Source: a virus
Virus record (IMG/VR): IMGVR_UViG_3300049830_000285
Location: 113,709 to 177,708 of that record
Direction: 5' to 3' (one strand)
Length of the DNA: 64,000 nt
Part shown: piece after piece, positions 57,852-64,000 of the stretch
How positions within the stretch are numbered: position 1 is the first letter of the stretch
How the letters are laid out: each line of letters begins with the position of its first letter
Notes under the pieces: generated by a model
Told to the model about the DNA's origin: nothing
Database searches by the model: none
Seen by the model: the letters and a program-made list of their open reading frames with translations, nothing else
Program-made: the position numbers and the translations under genes

Positions 57852-58647
57852 GGTGTTAGTCTACCTTGTTGTGTGCCTTCAAATAAAAACCATCATCTCT
57901 TAGGGGCACTAATTCGTTTGTCATAGGGTCAATTTCAAATCCCATGAGACTCAAAGCCCATCCTTGTTCAGACATATAAGTCAATCCTTTTATGAAAGAT
58001 TCAGATTGCACTCTTTCATGCTCTATGGCTTTGTCAAACACTTCGCGGGTATTTTTCGCTATTCTTGTTCGCACCTGTTCATCAAGTTTAAAGAATGGAT
58101 TCGAGGAATATTTTTCTTGATTATTCATGGTGTTAGTATACCAGGGATTTTGGTGTCACGGACAGGTGTAAACAGCTCATGTGCGATTGCAAATAGGGAA
58201 TATCAACACCTGTTTCCTAAGGTTGTTCTGCTCAATGTGGCAAAATTAGTATACCATTCTCAAGCGATTATGAGGAAAAAATGCTATACTATGCTAATGC
58301 AAATTAAAACACCTCCTGGTAAATATAGATTGATGATGATGTTTGACGACACATGGTGCGATGTTGCTATTTATGACACCAATGAAATGGCTATCGAGCA
58401 AGCCCTCGCCTTGTTGTCACAAAATCCAAGTCATGTATCAATTTATCACATTAATCATGCGAACAAAGATTTAGAATTAACTCGCTATAAAGTAGTGAGC
58501 TTGGATGTTTCAGAAACGGGTAAGCCTGGTAAGGGATTGAAACAGTACGATTATGTAGTTTATCCTAAACTAATACCATTCTCTCTGCGAAATATGTTTA
58601 GTAAATGGTTCACGAAATAATGAAATTTGGCCGGTATTTGGCCGGAT

Positions 58648-59022
58648 TCATATATTCCAAACCATTATTTCGTCCACAACACCAGCATCTGGATGAAATG
58701 CTCGAAGTGTTCGATTAATAGCCTGTTCGTTATTGATATTGGCTGGTACAAATGAAAACCCAAGGTCTGGGTGATGAAATATCAATTTTGGAGATTCATC
58801 ATACTGAACAGTATTTTGCGCTTCTTCCATTGCCTCTTCTTTCGTTTTAAACCATCTTGGTTGAAAACGAGCGCAATCTTCTTTAAATCCCCATTGAGTC
58901 ATTCCAGCCGTTTTTGTGTAATATGGACAATCAAAAACGCTTTTTTCCTCTCTGTGTGGAATTTCTACCTTAACTTTGACGCCTTTCTTAGTGGGCTTAA
59001 CAGTAACTTTAGTTTCACTCAT
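58648..59022 (-). CDS. Hypothetical protein
   Basis: 124-aa ORF. Confidence 0.5.
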   Translation of the reverse strand: MSETKVTVKPTKKGVKVKVEIPHREEKSVFDCPYYTKTAGMTQWGFKEDCARFQPRWFKTKEEAMEEAQNTVQYDESPKLIFHHPDLGFSFVPANINNEQAINRTLRAFHPDAGVVDEIMVWNI

Positions 59023-59444
59023 GTCTTACTATACCTGATTAAAAATCTGGAGCATCAAAATCATCCCACCAATGTAGTTTCAGCTTCAGCTTGTGCTGCT
59101 TCAGCTTCTTTAAGCTGCTCTTGAGCCAATCGTCTGCATTCAGCCACGCCCTCGGCAAGATGCCCGTAGCGCTCTCTCCAAATAGTTGTGGAAGAATCAC
59201 AAATTTTTACACGATATTCGTGCTCAAGCTTTTCCATTGTTTTGATAAGTTTTTTGAGTTCTTGCATGATTATTCACCGCTAAATGCCGACCATCCAGCA
59301 TGATATAAGTCTGAAACACATTTTTCATGAAGAAAATCTTTTTGAGCTTGCGTTAATGTGCTTCTCTTTAGGCGACTTTTGATAGCTGATTCTACATCAA
59401 GCATGATTTCATCCCATAATTCGCCAGCATCGAAATATTCTTCT

Positions 59445-59819
59445 TCAGTCATTTTTTTCCTCAGGTAGATGAGTTGCAACAAAATCACCAGCATAAACTT
59501 TCTCACCTGGTAGCGGTAAATCACGTAAACATACTGCCCAAAATCCCCAGTCGCCAGTACCTGCGATGTGGACAGAATATGCTGGATTCTTGAATTTGCT
59601 TTTCTTCATTAATTTCTTAACACATTTGATTATTGTGTCTTTCTTAACTTGAGAATTATCAATAATATCCCAAGAATCAAATGTGTTTTCAGAAGTGCTG
59701 GCATAATGATAAGAAGCTTTGCTGACGCCATTCCATGGTGTGTATGGAATCTTTAATTCATTCTCGATGAACTTCAAATAGTTCTGAAAATGATTTTCGT
59801 AAAAAGCTGCATCTCTCAT
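59445..59819 (-). CDS. Hypothetical protein
   Basis: 124-aa ORF. Confidence 0.5.
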   Translation of the reverse strand: MRDAAFYENHFQNYLKFIENELKIPYTPWNGVSKASYHYASTSENTFDSWDIIDNSQVKKDTIIKCVKKLMKKSKFKNPAYSVHIAGTGDWGFWAVCLRDLPLPGEKVYAGDFVATHLPEEKND

Positions 59820-59907
59820 GCTTATATTCTACCATAAATAGTGTATAACATTTTCACCAACCGTGGCTGCGAGGCGTGAAGGAAGGTAACATTTAAGGAG
59901 AAACGCC

Positions 59908-60348
59908 ATGTTACATAAAACTCGCTGCAAATTCTACGTTTCAGCACAAAACATTTCGTCAACGCAACCAAGTGACTTATATCAGCATCATTTGAACGCG
60001 ACAATTAAGCTTAATGCAGCTTATAGCCCAGACCCAAGTACAGAGAATTACTCTTTCTGGAATGCAACGCCGTCAGGCAGCGCAACTATTAACTTGTACG
60101 GCGAAGAGCAAATCAAACCATACGCTCCGGGAAGTTTCTGGTATATCGACATTTGGGAAGACGCCGAAGGCGATTGGAAAATCACTAAACTTGACACTCA
60201 TGAATACAACATTAATGTTGAGCTAACTGATGGCTCAGCGTGGCAAGGAGATAAAATCGAACTCGCCATCACAAACAAAAATGCTTGGGAAATCTTTGAA
60301 AAAGGAAAGAAATACAAAGCTGAGTTCATCCCCGCTGTGAAAAGCTAA
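59908..60348 (+). CDS. Conserved phage hypothetical protein
   Basis: RCKFYV..ENYSFWNATPSG motif; AAGGAG SD. Confidence 0.65.
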   Translation: MLHKTRCKFYVSAQNISSTQPSDLYQHHLNATIKLNAAYSPDPSTENYSFWNATPSGSATINLYGEEQIKPYAPGSFWYIDIWEDAEGDWKITKLDTHEYNINVELTDGSAWQGDKIELAITNKNAWEIFEKGKKYKAEFIPAVKS

Positions 60349-60358
60349 GCTACTGAAA

Positions 60359-60478
60359 TGTCGCGATAGGTGTTTTTTGTTAATAAATTGACGCCTATTG
60401 CGACATTTATCGCGACATTTGTCGCGATAGAACTAAATTGAGTATCTAAAAAGTGCTATTGCGACACCAATCGCGCCA
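60359..60478. repeat. Array of 10-bp TGTCGCRATA motifs in both orientations
   Basis: Copies at 60359, 60396, 60408, 60420, 60457, plus a degenerate one near 60469. Confidence 0.75.
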
Positions 60479-60871
60479 AAAATACGCGCAAGAATTTATA
60501 TGTATAGGAAATACGCACTTTCTATACATATTTTCTCAACGTGTATACAAAACAGTCATTTCCTATGCATATGAACGACTGGCTTCAATGTATGCCACGG
60601 CGTCATCCTTAGCCAGTTGCTCTATGTTTGCCTTTGTTCCCGCACATGCAATAATCGAGCCGATTCTGCCAAAGATACATAGCCCTTCGTATTTGTTACT
60701 GTCAAATGTTTCATTCACCTGAAGAACAAAGCCATAAATATGTGATTCATCTTCAATGCAATCCATCGTCGTTTGAAGATATGGGTCGATAGTGGGATTG
60801 ATTAAACGGAAGTTCATGACTTGTTAGACACTCGAAGATACTTTTTGAGGATATTCCTCAAACGTTGATGT

Positions 60872-61213
60872 GTGCAACATAGGATTATTATGACATTTTC
60901 ATGGACAACAAAATCAGGTACTGGTACATATCAGTTGTTAAAAATCCCAGACATTTATCCAGAAGATGAGTTCGCTTTAGCGTATGTGATTCCAATGACG
61001 CGCAGAGGCAGGGATGGCAACGAGTGTTATAATTTTCACATCAATGTTGATGACCCAGATAGCACAGTTCCTATTAACGGCGCTAATCCAAAGAATTTAA
61101 AAACTCTTGGCGACAAAGATAGATTTAGAGATGCGATTGATTTTGTTACAGCATATGCCGAATCTCTAGGGCACACAGTAACAACATATCGCCCGAGAGA
61201 TTATTACTGGTGA
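60872..61213 (+). CDS. Hypothetical protein
   Basis: 113-aa ORF. Confidence 0.5.
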   Translation: MQHRIIMTFSWTTKSGTGTYQLLKIPDIYPEDEFALAYVIPMTRRGRDGNECYNFHINVDDPDSTVPINGANPKNLKTLGDKDRFRDAIDFVTAYAESLGHTVTTYRPRDYYW

Positions 61214-61282
61214 TGATAGTGCGCTGTCAGATTTTACTCTGAGTTCCCGATTTCACGCGGACACCTACTCTCTCGGGCTGGG

Positions 61283-61735
61283 CTAACGGTGTCGTGGCTT
61301 TGCGGCCCAGTTTTCAGCGCACGATTTATTATAGCACATTGTTTTATTGGATAAGTCTAAAGACGCAAAATCTTGTTGCTTTAATCTAAAATGTGGTTTA
61401 TTATAAGGTTGTAGATATGGAATATAAACATATCCCAACTCTATCGCTGCTGCCAGTCGATGATGTCCGTCGCAATGCACTTTTACGTCGTCAGAAGCAT
61501 ATAAATAAGACAGTGGCATATTAAACCCATGGTCTTTTATGAACTTCAATACTTTAGCATATCTTTTGTGACTTCGTTTTCGAGCAAGCAACTTTTGCCA
61601 TTGAATATTGGTAAGTGGCTTGGTGTTGTCCACGTAAATACAACTGCTATCACAACTCGCCCATGCATTAAAAATTTCATCAATGTGAATAAATTCAATG
61701 TCTTCCATCGTAATGATGCGATTTTCAACTTCCAT
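61283..61735 (-). CDS. ParB/Srx-like N-terminal domain protein
   Basis: DGHHRLAAAIELG..IP. Confidence 0.65.
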   Translation of the reverse strand: MEVENRIITMEDIEFIHIDEIFNAWASCDSSCIYVDNTKPLTNIQWQKLLARKRSHKRYAKVLKFIKDHGFNMPLSYLYASDDVKVHCDGHHRLAAAIELGYVYIPYLQPYNKPHFRLKQQDFASLDLSNKTMCYNKSCAENWAAKPRHR

Positions 61736-61781
61736 TTCTCATTCTACCACAAACGGTGTATAACAAAAATACGTCTTATAG

Positions 61782-62390
61782 GTGCAAAAAATGGGTAGCA
61801 AATTATTTTATCGTTTCAAGAGATATTCGTATCTCGCGGATAGTTTTAGTGAAAATTCAGAAACATCAAAATTAATCGTACCGATTTTAGCAGGAGGGGC
61901 GATTCATCATGGGCGCTCATTGGCTAATGTGGCACTGAACACTCCAGATACGTCTATTTATGTTCGAGTAAATAGCGAATGTGCTAATGTAACTGTTAAT
62001 ACTCCGCCTGAAAACATAACCAGACACTCTGGTAGAAATCATGAATCAGATTACACGAAGGGCGAAAACAAAGCAATCAGAGAAGCAAAGTTATTTGATT
62101 TTAGAGTTAATATAGGTGGAATTTATACATATGTACTCGCATTGGGGATTGATGCCAAAAAAGAAGGCGATAATATCATCTGCAAAGGCGAAGTGAGTTT
62201 AGCTGCCCCAAGTCAAGATGAATTAAAGGAAGTCTTTGAGTTTGAAGTTTGGGATTCTATTCATCAACGATGGCGACCATTTTTTAATAACACAAAACTT
62301 GTATCTTTTGAATGGGTTGAATTAGATGATTATATTAATGAAAATTCTTATCTTTGTAGATTTAACGCTGTGCTAAAGAAAAGAAAATAA
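61782..62390 (+). CDS. Hypothetical protein
   Basis: 202-aa ORF. Confidence 0.55.
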   Translation: MQKMGSKLFYRFKRYSYLADSFSENSETSKLIVPILAGGAIHHGRSLANVALNTPDTSIYVRVNSECANVTVNTPPENITRHSGRNHESDYTKGENKAIREAKLFDFRVNIGGIYTYVLALGIDAKKEGDNIICKGEVSLAAPSQDELKEVFEFEVWDSIHQRWRPFFNNTKLVSFEWVELDDYINENSYLCRFNAVLKKRK

Positions 62391-63248
62391 TTAAGCTGGC
62401 AAGCTATATTCGATATTATGTAAAATGCGCTCAACATCTTCCTGTTTACCTTTCTGAATGGCCTGGTGTGGCGTTAATCCATCCAGCATCGAATGTTCTT
62501 GATGCATAAACTTATCGGCTGATTCGCCTAAAACTTGCTGAGCGAGTGCGGTAATGGATTCAAGAATATAAGCTCGTTCCCATTTACGGATAGCATTATC
62601 GCTAACGTTATATTGTCTACCAACAGCCGAATATGATGTCTCTTTTATCATTCGTTTAAGTTCAGTGTAAGATGGACGAATCAGCACCTTTCTAAATTTA
62701 CCTTTTGCATATTGTTTCGGACGACATGCTTTCGAACAAATTGTTTTTTTAGTTACACCAGGGTCAAATGTTTTGTTGCATACAGTGCATTGAATAAGGC
62801 GTTGCAATATCTTGATTTTTGTTTTACCTTTTTGTCTATTGGTTTCACTTTCTTCAAGCGCATAAATATGTAAACCAATCTTTAATTCTTCGTGATATTT
62901 TGTTAACACATCGGAATGAAAACCTGAATGACACTCTCTATGGCATCTGCAACATAGTAGAATACATTTATCTAATTCTGCTTTAATTTGTTCCCAAGAG
63001 CGCGTGTTGCCCGATTTACTTAGCCCGAAATCTTTTTTATTGGGGTCTAAATGATGAAAATCTAAAGCTCCAACGCACAAATCGTATGAGCAAACATAGC
63101 ATTTGCCACCTTTATAGCGAATAGATAATGCCTTTAAATCTTTTCTGCGTCTATCAACATTAAATTTTGATTTACACTTATGGCTACAGAATCTACCACC
63201 TTTGTTAACAGGCAAATTGCATAAATGATATTCACAAATCGAACTCAT
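62391..63248 (-). CDS. HNH endonuclease fused to HTH-like and MbcA/ParS (DUF2384)-like C-terminus
   Basis: LDFHH..ELDKCILLCCRCH; YSAVGRQYNVSDNAIRKW; DKFMHQEHSMLDGLTP..NIEYSLPA. Confidence 0.8.
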   Translation of the reverse strand: MSSICEYHLCNLPVNKGGRFCSHKCKSKFNVDRRRKDLKALSIRYKGGKCYVCSYDLCVGALDFHHLDPNKKDFGLSKSGNTRSWEQIKAELDKCILLCCRCHRECHSGFHSDVLTKYHEELKIGLHIYALEESETNRQKGKTKIKILQRLIQCTVCNKTFDPGVTKKTICSKACRPKQYAKGKFRKVLIRPSYTELKRMIKETSYSAVGRQYNVSDNAIRKWERAYILESITALAQQVLGESADKFMHQEHSMLDGLTPHQAIQKGKQEDVERILHNIEYSLPA

Positions 63249-63288
63249 TTATATCTTATACAAGAAGTTACATTCTCGTTAATTAATT

Positions 63289-63364
63289 TGGAGCGGGGTG
63301 TGGGAATCGAACCCACTTAGTTTTGCTTAACAGGCAAACGCAATTCCAAACATGCCAACCCCGC
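63289..63364 (-). tRNA. tRNA-Asn(GTT), non-canonical acceptor (G1-C72, U73)
   Basis: UUUGC-CUGUUAA-GCAAA, CCA. Confidence 0.85.
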
Positions 63365-63386
63365 TTAATTTTATCGTTGTTTAAAA

Positions 63387-63462
63387 TGGAGGGTCGCCTG
63401 GGTTCTGACCCCAGCCCTCTCCGCTTAACAGGCGTCCGCAACTACCAGCTCGCTCACGACCC
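63387..63462 (-). tRNA. tRNA-Asn(GTT), non-canonical (U73, T-loop GUCAGAA)
   Basis: Loop CU-GUU-AA, acceptor GGGUCGU/GCGACCC. Confidence 0.7.
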
Positions 63463-63477
63463 ACTTAAAAACTTTGA

Positions 63478-63553
63478 TGGCTCCCCCACCAGGATTCAAA
63501 CCTGGAATCTCTCGGGTAACAGCCGAGCGCGATATCAGTTACGCCACAGAGGA
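63478..63553 (-). tRNA. tRNA-Asn(GTT)
   Basis: U1-A72, G73, CUCGG-CUGUUAC-CCGAG. Confidence 0.88.
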
Positions 63554-63555
63554 AT

Positions 63556-63597
63556 AAAAAAAGAAGAACTACCAGCTTCTCCTGGTAGTTCTTCTTT
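63556..63597 (-). terminator. Attenuator terminator of the Asn tRNA operon
   Basis: 16-bp stem AAAGAAGAACUACCAG/CUGGUAGUUCUUCUUU plus U tract, 3 nt before tRNA-Asn. Confidence 0.9.
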
Positions 63598-63627
63598 AAG
63601 TTTCCTTTTTTTGAAGTGGCGCTTGTG

Positions 63628-63696
63628 TTACTCAGCGCTTCTACCAGTGGCTGGTGAAGTATTAGCGTTATTATTATTGCTGAGAGTGTAAAGCAT
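63628..63696 (-). CDS. Attenuator leader peptide MLYTLSNNNNANTSPATGRSAE (not in the ORF track)
   Basis: 5 Asn codons within 6 positions; contains CUGGUAG complementary to the terminator 5' arm. Confidence 0.85.
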   Translation of the reverse strand: MLYTLSNNNNANTSPATGRSAE

Positions 63697-63717
63697 GATT
63701 GCGTTTCCTATTGACTT

Positions 63718-63760
63718 ATTGTATCCTCTGTGTTATCTTGTTGTCAACTGTTTTTGAGGA
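63718..63760 (-). promoter_or_regulatory. Sigma70-like promoter with upstream TCCTCA
   Basis: TCCTCA-7-TTGACA-18-TACAAT. Confidence 0.75.
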
Positions 63761-64000
63761 AAAAACAGCATTTAGATTAAAAGCGACTATTTTTCCGATT
63801 TTCCAGAAGCAATGTCTGCATTTTTTCTTCTATTTCTAATGCCGTCTCGAATGACTGTTATTTTTTGTCTTGTGTCTTTGAAGATTTCTGCTGTGATGTT
63901 GTAATATACTTTTGAAATTGATGGAGAGTTTGTAAGAGCTGCCATTTTGTGTCCTATAATTACAATTATTATTGTACTCTGATTCTACCTCTTTTAAATC

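Noticed and set aside
63323-63691. Plus-strand 122-aa ORF and similar ORFs over tRNA clusters (e.g. 29924, 31531, 46867)
   Set aside because: Antisense shadows of tRNA genes and attenuators.
1-64000. CRISPR array, rRNA, or stop-codon recoding
   Set aside because: No regularly spaced repeats or rRNA signatures; long genes read through in the standard code with TAA, TAG and TGA stops, and no suppressor tRNA was seen.

Overview
This window is a 64-kb slice of an AT-rich, standard-code jumbo ('huge') bacteriophage genome. It runs from the 3' part of a >2000-aa virion protein through a long, mostly minus-strand accessory region. That region carries translation and RNA-repair genes (Pth2, LysRS, truncated AlaRS- and GlyRS-like cores, RlmN-like methylase, two RNA ligases, FolD), NAD/ADP-ribose genes (NadE, ARH, NADAR, MbcA/ParS-like domains), capsid-like paralog fragments, many HNH nucleases and about 25 tRNA or tRNA-like genes. 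Main discovery: the tRNAs fall into three isotype-restricted clusters (Met/Val/Ile/Ala; Gln/Arg/Cys; Asn). Each is preceded by a sigma70 promoter and an unannotated short leader ORF enriched in the codons those tRNAs read. Two leaders carry a textbook terminator/antiterminator switch, and the third has alternative helices overlapping its stop codon. I infer ribosome-mediated attenuation that induces phage tRNAs when the matching host tRNAs are depleted. Also found: a compact (~230 nt) RNase P RNA, three circularly permuted tRNA-like (YrlA/Y-RNA-like) modules beside an RNA ligase, boxA-like elements in two tRNA operons, HNH cassettes that appear to have invaded tRNA and protein genes, and a recurrent TCCTCA-N17-TATAAT promoter with leaderless starts. 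All calls were made by eye; no database searches or folding computations were run.
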